A program made the position numbers and the translations under genes. Below are positions 9,482 to 19,922 of a stretch of 64,000 nucleotides of DNA, one piece after another (positions within the stretch are counted from its first letter, which is position 1; each line of letters opens with the position of its first letter). The notes under the pieces were generated by a model. That model was not told where the DNA came from, searched no databases, and saw only the letters and a program-made list of their open reading frames with translations. Origin of the DNA: an uncultured Acidimicrobiales bacterium (GTDB lineage: Bacteria; Actinomycetota; Acidimicrobiia; Acidimicrobiales; SHLQ01); contig CALLAA010000145.1 in assembly GCA_938002955.1 (NCBI GenBank), positions 713 through 64,712 on the forward strand, written 5' to 3'.

Positions 9482-9498
9482 CGCAATAACCTTCGTCC

Positions 9499-10413
9499 AT
9501 GAGCGCACGCATAGTTGATTGGGGCGAGAACGAGCGGAAGCTCACCGATTCGGTGAGTGTCCTGCTCGGCCCAACTCCAGGTTCGTATCCAAGCGGCAAC
9601 TCCGTTCTGGTTCGGGGGTCGAGCGAGTCGATTCTGATCGACCCATCGGTCACCGTTGTCGCTGAGGGCGGCGCGCCGGTCCACGTCGATGCTGTGGTCA
9701 ACAGCCACGGACATGAGGACCACCTTCCCGGCAATGGGCTTTTCAGCGACGCCCGCGTTCATATTCACGAGGAGGATCTACCAGCGGCCCAAAGCCTCGA
9801 CGGACTCCTCGACATCTTTGGTTTCTCCGACGAAGTTCGTGCCGAGCAGGCGATCAGCTTCGCTGAAGAAATGCACTACAGCCCCCGCCCCGACGCTCAG
9901 GGTTTCACCGATGGTCATGTGTTCGACCTCGGCAATCTCAACGTCACCGCCATGCACCTGCCCGGACACACTCGCGGTCACAGCGGCTTTCACATAGACG
10001 GCGGGGTCTTCTTCCTGTCCGACATCGACCTCACCGGGTTTGGTCCCTACTACGGCGATGTATGGAGTGACCTCGACCAGTTTGAACAGAGCCTGATCGA
10101 CGTCCGAGAGGTCCACGCCGACTACTACGTCACGTTCCATCAAAAGGGCGTGATCGAAGGACGTGAAACCTTCCTCACGATGCTCGACAAGTTTCACTCG
10201 GTCATTGGTCGTCGACACGGAGAGATGCTCGAGTATCTCGCCGAGCCTCGGACGCTCGACGAGATGGCCGAGCATCGATTCGTCTATCGACCTCACGTCG
10301 ACATTCCGTTTGTCGAGACGGTCGAGAAACGCACAGCGGAGCTCCATGTCGCGCGCATGATCGATCGCAGTGAAGTAGCCGAGGTAGACCCAGGCCGTTT
10401 CCAGAGGACGTGA
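9499..10413 (+). CDS. MBL-fold metallo-hydrolase
   Basis: HxHxDH motif (NSHGHEDHLPGN) and a downstream LPGHTRGH. Confidence 0.75.
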   Translation: MSARIVDWGENERKLTDSVSVLLGPTPGSYPSGNSVLVRGSSESILIDPSVTVVAEGGAPVHVDAVVNSHGHEDHLPGNGLFSDARVHIHEEDLPAAQSLDGLLDIFGFSDEVRAEQAISFAEEMHYSPRPDAQGFTDGHVFDLGNLNVTAMHLPGHTRGHSGFHIDGGVFFLSDIDLTGFGPYYGDVWSDLDQFEQSLIDVREVHADYYVTFHQKGVIEGRETFLTMLDKFHSVIGRRHGEMLEYLAEPRTLDEMAEHRFVYRPHVDIPFVETVEKRTAELHVARMIDRSEVAEVDPGRFQRT

Positions 10414-11636
10414 CCATGCAGAATTGGGCCGGCAACGTCACGTACTCCGCGAGCGAGGTGGCGCGTCCCGGCTCGATGACCGAACTGGCAGCCGCGATCA
10501 CATCCGGACCACGCGTGCGGGCGCTCGGGTCGCGCCACTCGTTCTCCACGATCGCTGACGCAGCGACGATTCTCGATACGACCGGTTTGCCCGAGTTCTT
10601 GGAGTTGTCGGCAGACCGAGACGCAGTGACCGTTAACGGGTCGATGACCTATGGGCGCCTGGTCGAGCTCTTGGCTCCGTTTCGGTTCGCTCTCCACAAT
10701 CTTGCTTCGCTCCCGCATATTTCGATCGCCGGCGCCATCGCAACCGGCACGCACGGCTCGGGAGACCGCAACGGAAACTTGGCTACCGCCGTGCGGGCGC
10801 TACAGATCATGACTCCAGACGCCGAGGTCCTCTCCCTCGACCGCAGCGATCCCGACTTTGCTGGTGCGGTGGTATCGCTGGGTGCACTCGGTGTCGTCAC
10901 TGCGGTCACCCTCGAAATCGAGCCAGCGTTCGACGTCGAACAGACGGTGTATGACGGCCCGGACCTCGCAGCCGTCGGCGAGTCGTTCGACGACATTTTC
11001 TCCTCGGCGTACAGCGTCAGCGCATTCACCATGTGGCAAGGCAAGGCCGAGCAACTGTGGGTGAAGCATCGCGTCGGCGATGAATCCAAACCCCTGTCGT
11101 TCGTCGAGGCAACCGAGAAGCGACATCCGATCCTCGGAATCGACGCCCAGGCGTGTACCGACCAATTCGGCGTTCCAGGGGCGTGGGCGGACCGGCTTCC
11201 GCATTTCAAGATGGAGTTCACGCCGAGCGCTGGCGAGGAGATCCAATCGGAGTTCTTCGTCGACCGCAACGATGCAGCGGCCGCGATTGCTGCGATCGAT
11301 GCTGTTGGTGCAGAGATCGCCGACGCGCTGTTGATCAGTGAGCTTCGTACCGTCGCTCGCGACGATCTCTGGATGAGCCCGCACGTTGGCCGAGATTCGC
11401 TTGCGATTCACTTCACGTGGGTGCCCGACCAGAGTCTGGCCGAAGCAGCGGCGAGCACCGTCGCGAACGCCATTGGCCATCTGTCACCAAGAGCCCATTG
11501 GGGCAAGGTCTTCGATCCATCGCAGTTCGATCTCCGTCAGTTCGATCGCTTGAGCGACTTCACATCGCTCGTCGAACGGGTTGATCCACGAGGTCGCTTT
11601 CAGAACGATTGGTACGCAACGGTCCTGGAACGCTGA
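10410..11636 (+). CDS. FAD-binding oxidoreductase, alditol oxidase / sugar-1,4-lactone oxidase family
   Basis: N-terminus QNWAGNVTYSASEVARPGS and GSRHSF are typical of the GULO/ALO/xylitol-oxidase family. The start overlaps the MBL gene stop. Confidence 0.75.
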   Translation: MTMQNWAGNVTYSASEVARPGSMTELAAAITSGPRVRALGSRHSFSTIADAATILDTTGLPEFLELSADRDAVTVNGSMTYGRLVELLAPFRFALHNLASLPHISIAGAIATGTHGSGDRNGNLATAVRALQIMTPDAEVLSLDRSDPDFAGAVVSLGALGVVTAVTLEIEPAFDVEQTVYDGPDLAAVGESFDDIFSSAYSVSAFTMWQGKAEQLWVKHRVGDESKPLSFVEATEKRHPILGIDAQACTDQFGVPGAWADRLPHFKMEFTPSAGEEIQSEFFVDRNDAAAAIAAIDAVGAEIADALLISELRTVARDDLWMSPHVGRDSLAIHFTWVPDQSLAEAAASTVANAIGHLSPRAHWGKVFDPSQFDLRQFDRLSDFTSLVERVDPRGRFQNDWYATVLER

Positions 11637-12626
11637 TTACTCGTCCCAGAGTTCGTGCCAATCCGTCGCCCCATCCCACAGAAAGACCTGGCCCTTGATC
11701 AGACGGCAATTCTGGTCGGCGGCTTCGATCCGGTCGAGTTCGTCCTCGTCGAGAAGCTCGGTCGTGGTGGCTTCAAGATTGGCGTGGATGTTGCGAGGGT
11801 TTGTAGAAAATGGGATTGGCGTGTGGCCGTTCGACACTGCCCACTTGACGCACAAGGTCGCGGGGTGGAGGCCATGTGCCTCCGCAATTTCGACGAGCAC
11901 CGGATCGGTGGTTGGCGAGGAATCGTCGGCTGTTCGGTCTCGCTCTGGGCGTGCCGGTGACCCGATCGGGCAAAAGCCGATCGGCTCGATGTCGTGGTCG
12001 ATCAGGTATCCAAAGAGTTCTGGCTGTTGGAAGTGTGGATGGAGTTCCATCTGGTTTACCGAGGGCGTGATGGTCATGTGCGGAATGATCAGGTCGAGCT
12101 TGGGAATCGTCATGTTGGACGTGCCGATGTGTCGAACGAGGCCTCGTTGGACGAGCGCCTCCATTTGTTCCCACGTCTCGAGAAACGCCCACGGGTCGTA
12201 CGGGACGGCGTCTGGGTTCCGTTCATCCACATCGCAGTGCGGCGGATGAACGTTCGGGAACGGCCAATGGACGAGATAGTTGTCGAGGTAGTCCAACCCA
12301 AGGTCCCGGAGTGTTTGCTCACAGGCGGTTGCGACATCGCCGTGCTGGTCGTTCCACACCTTTGAGCTGACCCAGAGCTCGGCTCGGGGGACCGACGTAG
12401 CGGCGAGTGCGTGTCCGATCTGTGTTTCGTTTCCATAGACCGACGCGCAGTCGATGTGTCGGTAGCCGAGGCCGATGGCGGTCTCCACCGACGATGCGAC
12501 GATGTCATGGTCGACGTGGTCGGAACCAAACGTGCCCAGGCCGATCGCTGGCATCGACGCGCCGCTCGAAAGGATTCGCTGCGGGACGAGCGCCGGGTCG
12601 ATGGGCGAGAGCTCGGTCATGGCCAC
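11637..12626 (-). CDS. Aldo/keto reductase
   Basis: MPAIGLGTFG..., GYRHIDCASVYGNE, LVHWP motifs. GTG start at 12626 or ATG at 12620. Confidence 0.85.
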   Translation of the reverse strand: MAMTELSPIDPALVPQRILSSGASMPAIGLGTFGSDHVDHDIVASSVETAIGLGYRHIDCASVYGNETQIGHALAATSVPRAELWVSSKVWNDQHGDVATACEQTLRDLGLDYLDNYLVHWPFPNVHPPHCDVDERNPDAVPYDPWAFLETWEQMEALVQRGLVRHIGTSNMTIPKLDLIIPHMTITPSVNQMELHPHFQQPELFGYLIDHDIEPIGFCPIGSPARPERDRTADDSSPTTDPVLVEIAEAHGLHPATLCVKWAVSNGHTPIPFSTNPRNIHANLEATTTELLDEDELDRIEAADQNCRLIKGQVFLWDGATDWHELWDE

Positions 12627-12979
12627 TAGTCGTTGTCTACAAAGCTGACGAGGACCGCAGCGTTCGCGATCACCATGCCATCGTCACCCGATGGCGCTTC
12701 GACGTCGAGCCCGCCAAGAACGGCGAGGACAGTGGGTGTTCCGTACGGGATCTCTTCGGCTACTGCGTCGGTGTCGACCTCGTCGGGCTTCTGCACCCCG
12801 ATACGCACCTCGACGAGCATGTCGTGCTTTGTCTTGCCGGCAGCATTGAAGAAGTTGAGGCTGCTGTGGCGAAGCGCATCCGAGACGGCTCGCCGAGCAG
12901 CCTTGGTGTAGTCATTGCCATGGACGTCGACGCCCATGCCCATTTCGGTGATCCAGCGAGTGCTTGTCATGAGACCCAA
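12626..12979 (-). CDS. Lin0512-family small conserved protein
   Basis: 117 aa. Resembles the Lin0512/UPF family (GMGVDVHGNDYTKAARRAV...). Abuts the AKR gene. Confidence 0.5.
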   Translation of the reverse strand: MGLMTSTRWITEMGMGVDVHGNDYTKAARRAVSDALRHSSLNFFNAAGKTKHDMLVEVRIGVQKPDEVDTDAVAEEIPYGTPTVLAVLGGLDVEAPSGDDGMVIANAAVLVSFVDND

Positions 12980-13064
12980 CGGTATCGGAGCGCCGACACT
13001 TCAATCCCACAATCAATCTCAGAATACGGACGTCGAGGTGTGGAGTCCCAGGCGAGAAACTCGG

Positions 13065-13544
13065 TCAGTGATCGAAGGGAACGGCGAGGTCCAGGGCGGT
13101 CGTGTCGGTGATTGTTCGAATCGCAAAGCTGCTTCGAACTTGCGTGACGCCGGGTAGGAGGGCGATGTATTCGCGGTGAATCGTTTCGTAGTCGGCCACG
13201 TCTGCGCATGTGACGTGGACGAGGTAGTCGGCGTTTCCCGCCATCAGGTGGCAACTCTGCACGTGGGGGACGCTGCTGACGGCTTCCTCGAATGCGTCGA
13301 GTACATCCTCTCGCTGACTTTCGAGTGAGATCTCCACGAACACCGACACGCCTCGACCGACGAGCTGACGGTTGACCATCGCTGCATAGTGGTCGATGAC
13401 ACCATCGGTTTCGAGTCGTCGAACCCGTCGGTGGCATGCCGATGCGGAGAGGCCGATGCTGTCGGCGAGCTCAGCGTTGCTGACCCGACCATTGGACTGG
13501 AGCGCATCGAGAATCGCATGATCTATACCGTCTAGCTCAATCAT
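13065..13544 (-). CDS. Lrp/AsnC-family transcriptional regulator
   Basis: LDGIDHAILDALQSNGRVSNAELADSIGLSASACHRRVRRLE plus an AsnC-type effector domain. Divergent from ald, the classic pairing. Confidence 0.85.
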   Translation of the reverse strand: MIELDGIDHAILDALQSNGRVSNAELADSIGLSASACHRRVRRLETDGVIDHYAAMVNRQLVGRGVSVFVEISLESQREDVLDAFEEAVSSVPHVQSCHLMAGNADYLVHVTCADVADYETIHREYIALLPGVTQVRSSFAIRTITDTTALDLAVPFDH

Positions 13545-13713
13545 TCGAAGATTCTACGACATCTGCGTGGAATATGCTGCAGAAGATGGCGTCAAACGCG
13601 CAAAGTTGGCACGAACTTGCACACACCTTCGGCGAATCTATGCGTACGTTGTCCTCCACATACACACGCGCGCATAGCCATACAGGCGTCGCGGAGTCGA
13701 CGAGGAGGTCGCA

Positions 13714-14841
13714 GTGAAGGTTGGATTGCCCAAAGAGATCAAGAACCACGAGCAGCGGGTCGGCCTTACGCCCGACAGCGTGTCTGAGCTGACGCGTCGT
13801 GGACACTCCGTCCTCGTCGAGACCAATGCCGGAATCGGCATCGGGGCCTCCGACGACGACTACAAGGCGGTTGGTGCCGAGATCGCACCAGACGCCAAGT
13901 CCGTGTTCGACGCGACCGAAATGATCGTCAAGGTCAAAGAGCCACAGGCCGTCGAGCGCGCCATGCTCCGTGAAGACCACACCCTCTTCACGTATCTGCA
14001 CCTCGCCCCCGACGCTCCCCAGACCAAGGACCTCGTCGACAGCGGTGCTACCTGCATCGCGTACGAAACCGTGACCGATGACAACGGCGGCCTCCCACTG
14101 TTGGCTCCAATGTCCAAGGTCGCCGGCCGCATGTCTATCCAAGCAGCGGCCAACTTCTTGCAGCAGCCAAACGGTGGCTCCGGCAAGCTCATCGGTGGCG
14201 TCCCAGGCGTCGCGCCAGCCAAGGTTGTCATCATCGGTGGCGGCGTCGTTGGGCAACACGCCGCAGAAATGGCGATCGGCCTCGGCGGCGACGTAACGAT
14301 CCTCGATCGCAGCAACGCCGTCCTCGACCATTGCGATGCTCGCTGGGGCGCCGCGGTCGACGCGATCTACTCGACGAGCGCAGCGCTCGAAGCACATGTG
14401 GCAACCGCCGATGTTGTGATCGGAGCGGTCCTCGTCCATGGCGACACTGCGCCAAAGCTCGTATCTGCCGAGATGGTGCGCGGCATGGCAGCGGGGTCTG
14501 TTCTCGTCGATGTCGCCATCGATCAGGGCGGCGCGTTCGAAACCTCGCATGCCACCACGCATCAGGATCCGGTCTACATGGTCGACGATGTCGTGCACTA
14601 CGCCGTCGCGAACATGCCAGGAGCGGTGCCGTTGACCTCGACCTACGCCTTGAACAACGCAACCCTGCCGTTCACACTCGCACTCGCCGACATGGGCCCG
14701 AAGGCCGCAATGATGGCTCTTCCACATCTGCGCAATGGTCTCAACGTCAGCGCTGGAAAGGTCACCGAGCCCCACGTCGCCGAAGCTCTCGGCTATGACT
14801 TCACCCCAGCCGATGATGCCGTAGCGACATTGGCTGCATAA
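13714..14841 (+). CDS. ald: Alanine dehydrogenase
   Basis: MKVGLPKEIKNHEQRVGLTP..., Rossmann VVIIGGGVVG. 375 aa. GTG start preceded by GAGGAGG. Confidence 0.9.
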   Translation: MKVGLPKEIKNHEQRVGLTPDSVSELTRRGHSVLVETNAGIGIGASDDDYKAVGAEIAPDAKSVFDATEMIVKVKEPQAVERAMLREDHTLFTYLHLAPDAPQTKDLVDSGATCIAYETVTDDNGGLPLLAPMSKVAGRMSIQAAANFLQQPNGGSGKLIGGVPGVAPAKVVIIGGGVVGQHAAEMAIGLGGDVTILDRSNAVLDHCDARWGAAVDAIYSTSAALEAHVATADVVIGAVLVHGDTAPKLVSAEMVRGMAAGSVLVDVAIDQGGAFETSHATTHQDPVYMVDDVVHYAVANMPGAVPLTSTYALNNATLPFTLALADMGPKAAMMALPHLRNGLNVSAGKVTEPHVAEALGYDFTPADDAVATLAA

Positions 14842-14892
14842 CGAACATCAGGCCCCGTAGCGACATTGGCTGCATAACGAACATCAGGCCCG
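14821..14892. repeat. 36-bp tandem duplication (2 copies, 35/36 identical) spanning the ald stop codon
   Basis: GTAGCGACATTGGCTGCATAACGAACATCAGGCCC[C/G] at 14821-14856 and 14857-14892. Confidence 0.9.
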
Positions 14893-14979
14893 TACGGCTG
14901 CTGTATTTCGAGATCGTGCCCTGGCTTCACTCAGAAGAGGCCGGGGCATGATCGCGTTCGGGCCGACCGATCTCCGGAC

Positions 14980-16248
14980 CTAGAGTGCGGCGCGGTTTGC
15001 GGCGACTCGGTATTCAAAGAATGCCTGAACCAGAAGACCGCCAGCTGCGGCCATGCCGATGAACGAGAGCGTGTGGAAGCCAGACATCGACAAGACGAGT
15101 CCGGAGATCAACGCGCCGCAGCCACTCGCAACGTTCGTTGCCAGGTCTGCCGCACCCTGCACTGCGACCCGATCGCCGAGGCCAACAGACTCGGTGAGCA
15201 ACGCTGAGCCAGCAACGATCGTGAAACTCCACCCCAGTCCGAGCAAGAACAGACCGGGGAACATCAGCGCTTCGGGCGCTTCCCCGGCGAGTGCGGTGAG
15301 CGTCGTTGCAAGAACGAGCGTCACGCCGCCCAGTGCGATCGTCGGGAGGCGACCGTAGTTGTCGGACAGACGACCAGCTATCGGAGCGAGGGCAAACATG
15401 CCAGCGGTATGGGCCGAGATGACCGCCCCGATGATGCCGTTGCTGTGGCCGTGAGCATCCATGTGGAGTGGTGTCATCGCCATCACTCCGACCATGACCG
15501 CTTGGCCTATGACGAGGGCAAAGAACGCAAGTCGTGCCAGTGGATGGGCCATTGCGATTCGGACCGCCTGCATGAACGGCACCGTGTCCTTGCGGCTCGC
15601 GTTTGCGTTCACCCCGCCTGCGACGACGAGGGGGTCTGGGCGCATAAAGAACCAGACGAGACCGGCAGCGAGTGCAAAGAACGCGATTGCGATCATGAAT
15701 CCACCAGCGTTCTCATCGAGCGACACCGACTCAGCGAACGTTCCAGCGACACCGATGAAGAGCGGGAAGATCACGGCGCCGAAGGTGGATGCGAAGATGA
15801 CCGTGCTGATCTCCTGAGACCGTCGCTCTTCGCTGGCGAGGTCGGCGGCCGCATACCGTGACAGGTTGGCTGTTCCAGAACCGGTGCCGATCAGGACCAT
15901 TGCCGGCAAGAACAACACGAGCGTCGAAAGCTGAATGGCGAGGATTGCCAGCAGACCGCCAACCGCGGCGATGGCGAAGCCTCCGGTCAACCCTGGAGCC
16001 CGGCCCGTCCGCTGCATATAGGTTGCCAACCAGGCTGCGCTCAAGGCCGAACCAATGGTGCTGAAGCCGGTGGAGAGGCCTGCCCACGTAGACGATCCCA
16101 GGATCTCTTTGATCGCGAGGACCGACACCGGGAACATCGTCGAGATAGCACCGCGGCTTAGGACAGCCGTTCCCCAAAGGACTCGGAGCGTTCGTTTTTG
16201 GACGGCGTCACGGTCGTACTCGACCGGTGAGGATGCGGCGTTGGACAC
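14980..16248 (-). CDS. MFS transporter
   Basis: 422 aa, 12 TM-like segments. Confidence 0.7.
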   Translation of the reverse strand: MSNAASSPVEYDRDAVQKRTLRVLWGTAVLSRGAISTMFPVSVLAIKEILGSSTWAGLSTGFSTIGSALSAAWLATYMQRTGRAPGLTGGFAIAAVGGLLAILAIQLSTLVLFLPAMVLIGTGSGTANLSRYAAADLASEERRSQEISTVIFASTFGAVIFPLFIGVAGTFAESVSLDENAGGFMIAIAFFALAAGLVWFFMRPDPLVVAGGVNANASRKDTVPFMQAVRIAMAHPLARLAFFALVIGQAVMVGVMAMTPLHMDAHGHSNGIIGAVISAHTAGMFALAPIAGRLSDNYGRLPTIALGGVTLVLATTLTALAGEAPEALMFPGLFLLGLGWSFTIVAGSALLTESVGLGDRVAVQGAADLATNVASGCGALISGLVLSMSGFHTLSFIGMAAAGGLLVQAFFEYRVAANRAAL

Positions 16249-16289
16249 TGCGCCAACCTAGGTGGTGTTCGACGGGGACGCAGCGTTGG

Positions 16290-17198
16290 TCACCCCAGAA
16301 CGTTTCGTAGCGTTCTCGTCCCAATTCGACGGATCGTTGGGTCATCGGCGGAGTTCGCGAGGCAGCCGGTCGCATGGGAGAGCGCCCATGCCCTCGACCG
16401 ATTCCAGGTGTGGATGTCGACGTTGTGGCCATCGACGGTGCACCGCCGGCGGAATTCGTCACGGTCGTCGCTGTCATCGAACAACATCCAGGCTAGGCAC
16501 AGGTCCGTGGCCGGGTCGCCAGCGGTCATGTCGCCAAAGTCGATCACGGCGCTGAGCTTGGCGCCGCGGACGAGCAGGTTGAGTGGATGGAGGTCGCCGT
16601 GCAGCCACAGCGGATCGGCCCCCCAGGCCGGCGCGTCGACGAGTTCGTTCCATACATCGAGAACCTCGCCCATCGAAATCTCGAGGGGCTCGAGGACCGA
16701 GCCGAGCGTGCCAATTCGTTCGGTGACAATCTCTGCGCGCTCGTTGAGTGGCCCGCCCCGAAAAGGGTTGCGAGGTGCGTCGTCGGGGGCCGGAACGTGG
16801 AGTGCGTTGACGAACTCCGAGAGCTGACTCATCAGCACCTCGGTCGCCACGTTGGGAGCGTGAGCCAGGGGCACACCTGCCAGCCACGGAACGAGCGACC
16901 AATGCCACGGGAAGCCGAACGCTGGCTTGCCGTTGTGCGTCGGAGCTGGGATGGGGAGGGGGAGCGCGTCGGCGAGTTCAGGGAGCCAGCGTTGTTCATG
17001 CTCGATGAGGGCAGCAGCCTGCTCGCGGCGGGGGAGGCGCACCGCGTGGGCACCTCCGACCCGATGCAGCTCGTTGTCCCATCCAGCGCTGTGGAATTCG
17101 ATGGGTTCGCCTCGTAGCTCGGGAACGAATTCGTTGATCAAGGTCTCGATCAGATCGTGATTGATCGCGACCTCGGCAGGTGGTTTGTTGCTCGGCAT
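16290..17198 (-). CDS. Aminoglycoside/choline-kinase-type phosphotransferase (APH family)
   Basis: Catalytic loop LWLHGDLHPLNLLV and IDFGDMTAGDP. ATG at 17198 preceded by GGAGG; the track ORF is extended upstream to 17369. Confidence 0.75.
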   Translation of the reverse strand: MPSNKPPAEVAINHDLIETLINEFVPELRGEPIEFHSAGWDNELHRVGGAHAVRLPRREQAAALIEHEQRWLPELADALPLPIPAPTHNGKPAFGFPWHWSLVPWLAGVPLAHAPNVATEVLMSQLSEFVNALHVPAPDDAPRNPFRGGPLNERAEIVTERIGTLGSVLEPLEISMGEVLDVWNELVDAPAWGADPLWLHGDLHPLNLLVRGAKLSAVIDFGDMTAGDPATDLCLAWMLFDDSDDRDEFRRRCTVDGHNVDIHTWNRSRAWALSHATGCLANSADDPTIRRIGTRTLRNVLG

Positions 17199-17230
17199 GG
17201 TGAACCTCCGCGCCTCAATGTAGAACCCGT

Positions 17231-18082
17231 TTGGTCGATGAAGATGGTATGTCACAATTGACAGCAGCGAATTCGCATACTTCTTCGCGTCGCGATCTGT
17301 TGAAAAAGGGACTCGTCGCGGGCGGTATTGCGTGGACTGCACCAGTGGTGACGACCTTGACGGAACCACTCGCTGCGGCGACGGGGTCTACTGGCGGTTC
17401 CTACACGTATTGCTTCGATGATGGCACGACCGAGGGATGGGTCATCGATAACACCGCTGGAGCGGGCGGCGGCATGTGGAACGTCTCGAACGATCGATCC
17501 GTGAGCAGCAGCTTTTCCTTGCACTACGGCACTGGTACCGGAGGCGACTACACCGGCACCGGTCGTAACTCGGGTTCGGTGACCAGCCCAACCTTTACCG
17601 TTCCGTCGACAGGCCCAGTTCTTCTCGAATTCGACATCTGGCGCGAAGTCGAAGTGTTCGGTAGCGGTACGTGGGACGAGTTCTCCGTCTCGATCCTGCC
17701 AGCGGGCACGACGCTCTATGCGGTCTCCCGCGACGGTGGCACCGGTGGCGTCTTTGAGCACGTCACGATCGATCTCGCCGGATTCGCCGGACAGACGGTG
17801 CAGCTGTCGTTCTTCTTCGACACCGGGGATGGAAGTTTCAACAACTTCGAAGGCATCTACGTCGACAACGTGATCGTCCCGGGGGCCACCGGTGGCTTTG
17901 GACTGCTCGCCGGTGGAGGCACGTCAGCTCGCTCGCTCGGAGGAGCGGGATGGACTCCGGATCGTCCTGCACCGACCCGTCAGGAGATCCGTCGACGCGA
18001 ACGCGAAGTCCGTGCCGAACGCTTTGCTGAGGGTGTTGTCGCAGACGGCGAGTTGCAAGCCGGTATCAAGTCCGGGCAGTAG
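17231..18082 (+). CDS. Tat-signal secreted protein of unknown function
   Basis: SRRDLLKKGLVAGGIAWTAP twin-arginine signal, a Gly/Thr-rich beta-type domain and a charged C-terminal tail. No family recognised. Confidence 0.5.
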   Translation: MVDEDGMSQLTAANSHTSSRRDLLKKGLVAGGIAWTAPVVTTLTEPLAAATGSTGGSYTYCFDDGTTEGWVIDNTAGAGGGMWNVSNDRSVSSSFSLHYGTGTGGDYTGTGRNSGSVTSPTFTVPSTGPVLLEFDIWREVEVFGSGTWDEFSVSILPAGTTLYAVSRDGGTGGVFEHVTIDLAGFAGQTVQLSFFFDTGDGSFNNFEGIYVDNVIVPGATGGFGLLAGGGTSARSLGGAGWTPDRPAPTRQEIRRREREVRAERFAEGVVADGELQAGIKSGQ

Positions 18083-18091
18083 CCTCGGCAC

Positions 18092-18982
18092 ATGGGTCAA
18101 GCACCGCCATCGACCGCACGATCGCTGGGCGTGATGGTGCGCCGCGACATCGCTCCCGAGGATGTCACTGCTCACGCCACTGTGTTGGCGGGCTCCTTCG
18201 ATGAACTCTGGGTCGTCGAAGACCTGCCCTTTGCTGGCGGTATCTCCCAGATGACTGCAATCCTCGAATCCACCACCGATGTCGTGGTCGGCCATGGCAT
18301 TGCACCAGCCCCGTTTCGAACTGCGGCAGGTTTGGCTATGGAGTGGGCGACCCTCGAACGGATGTATCCGGGACGGGTCGCCTGTGGTCTCGGCCACGGT
18401 GTTCAGAGCTGGATGGCGCAACTTGGCGAGCAGGTGGCGTCACCGTTGTCGCTCATTCGCGAGACGTGCGTGGCTGTTCGGTCGTTACTCGCCGGCGAAC
18501 GGCTCGATATGTCTGGCCGGTATGTGAACGTCAACGACGCCGAACTTGAGTTTCCGCCGTTGCACGCGCCGCCCGTGTCCCTCGGGGTTGTTGGCCCGAA
18601 GTCGCTTCAGCTCTCCGGCGAGGTCGCCGACGGAACAATTCTCGGAGAAGCAACCGGTCCAACCGAGATCGCCGCTGCGCTCGAGCACATCCGTCGTGGC
18701 CAGGCTCTCGCTGGCCGTCACGACCGGACGCACCGGTTGACCGTCTACGCCGCGTTTCACCTTGGCCCGACGTCCGACATCATTCGTAATCCCGACGCAC
18801 CCGTTGGTTGGGAGGCCGTCTCAACGTCCGTCGATGAGGTGGCTGATCACGTCGGGACGCTGTACGCGGCAGGCGCTGATTCGGTCGTGCTCGTGCCACT
18901 GGCGTCGAACCCGATCGCTGCGCTCGAAGACGCAATGCACTCGCTTGTGCCGAGAATTCGCGAGCTTCTCGCATCTGCCTAA
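18092..18982 (+). CDS. Luciferase-like monooxygenase (LLM) class oxidoreductase, probably F420-dependent
   Basis: 296 aa with LLM-family look (FDELWVVEDLPFAGG..., GLGHGV). Confidence 0.6.
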   Translation: MGQAPPSTARSLGVMVRRDIAPEDVTAHATVLAGSFDELWVVEDLPFAGGISQMTAILESTTDVVVGHGIAPAPFRTAAGLAMEWATLERMYPGRVACGLGHGVQSWMAQLGEQVASPLSLIRETCVAVRSLLAGERLDMSGRYVNVNDAELEFPPLHAPPVSLGVVGPKSLQLSGEVADGTILGEATGPTEIAAALEHIRRGQALAGRHDRTHRLTVYAAFHLGPTSDIIRNPDAPVGWEAVSTSVDEVADHVGTLYAAGADSVVLVPLASNPIAALEDAMHSLVPRIRELLASA

Positions 18983-19065
18983 CCACGTTCAGGCGTATAC
19001 GTACATATGAGTAACACGCCGAGTGGCCCTCGACAGGCGCTCCAGACCGCGGTATCGATAGGAAC

Positions 19066-19920
19066 ATGACGTCTTCCCACCCGCTCGTGCACGGGATCCA
19101 CTCCCGCGTTATCGGCCACGTTTCGCTCGATGAACCGCGCCTTGCCGCCGACATCGAAACACTTCTTCGCTTTCCGTTCAACCGCGGCTACTCGGACTAC
19201 GCCCGAGGTAACCCCGGCTGGCAGAACTGTGTGTTGATGAATCACTCCGGCGACCCAAGCCACATCGAGTTTGGTGGATACGACGGTGAAGCTCAGCCCA
19301 CACCGTTTCTCGCCGAACTGCCGTATCTCGCTGAGCTGCTCGCATCGACGTGGAAAACAGAACATCTGTTGTGGGCCCGAATCTTCATGTGTGAAGACGG
19401 CATGCTTATCCCACATCGCGATTACCTCGACCTCCCCGAGGACGAGTTCACCCGTGTGCACATTCCACTGCAGCTCGGCCCAGCCTCAATGCACTCCGAG
19501 GAAGGCTCCGTCTTTCGGATGCGCAAGGGCGAGGTGTGGTTTATCGACGGCACCGTCAACCATGCTGCGTACAGCTATGACGGACAGCCACGCATCTACC
19601 TCACCGCTGACCTCCGGCCCGGGGTTGCGTTCGAGGATCTCTTCGTGGACCCCGCAACCGCAGCGCACGACGTTCGTCCCGACTTTGTTGAGCTTCCGCC
19701 GCTACCGGAGAACTTTGACACCACGCTCGCTGGTATGTCGACAGTCCTTGGTGCCGACACGATGGACGAGATTGTCGGGGTGCTCTCGAAGGTGCACTTC
19801 AACCATCGGGCACAATGCGGCGAGATCTATGAGTGGCTGATCGATGTCGCTCAGCGCTCCGGCGATGCAGCAATGGTCGAGGCCGCCAAGGACAAGCGGG
19901 CGTTCTTCCTCGGCGTCTAG
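19066..19920 (+). CDS. Aspartyl/asparaginyl beta-hydroxylase-family 2OG/Fe(II) oxygenase
   Basis: IPHRDY...H facial-triad pattern (MLIPHRDYLD, GTVNHAAYS). Cupin-like length. Confidence 0.55.
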   Translation: MTSSHPLVHGIHSRVIGHVSLDEPRLAADIETLLRFPFNRGYSDYARGNPGWQNCVLMNHSGDPSHIEFGGYDGEAQPTPFLAELPYLAELLASTWKTEHLLWARIFMCEDGMLIPHRDYLDLPEDEFTRVHIPLQLGPASMHSEEGSVFRMRKGEVWFIDGTVNHAAYSYDGQPRIYLTADLRPGVAFEDLFVDPATAAHDVRPDFVELPPLPENFDTTLAGMSTVLGADTMDEIVGVLSKVHFNHRAQCGEIYEWLIDVAQRSGDAAMVEAAKDKRAFFLGV

Positions 19921-19922
19921 CG

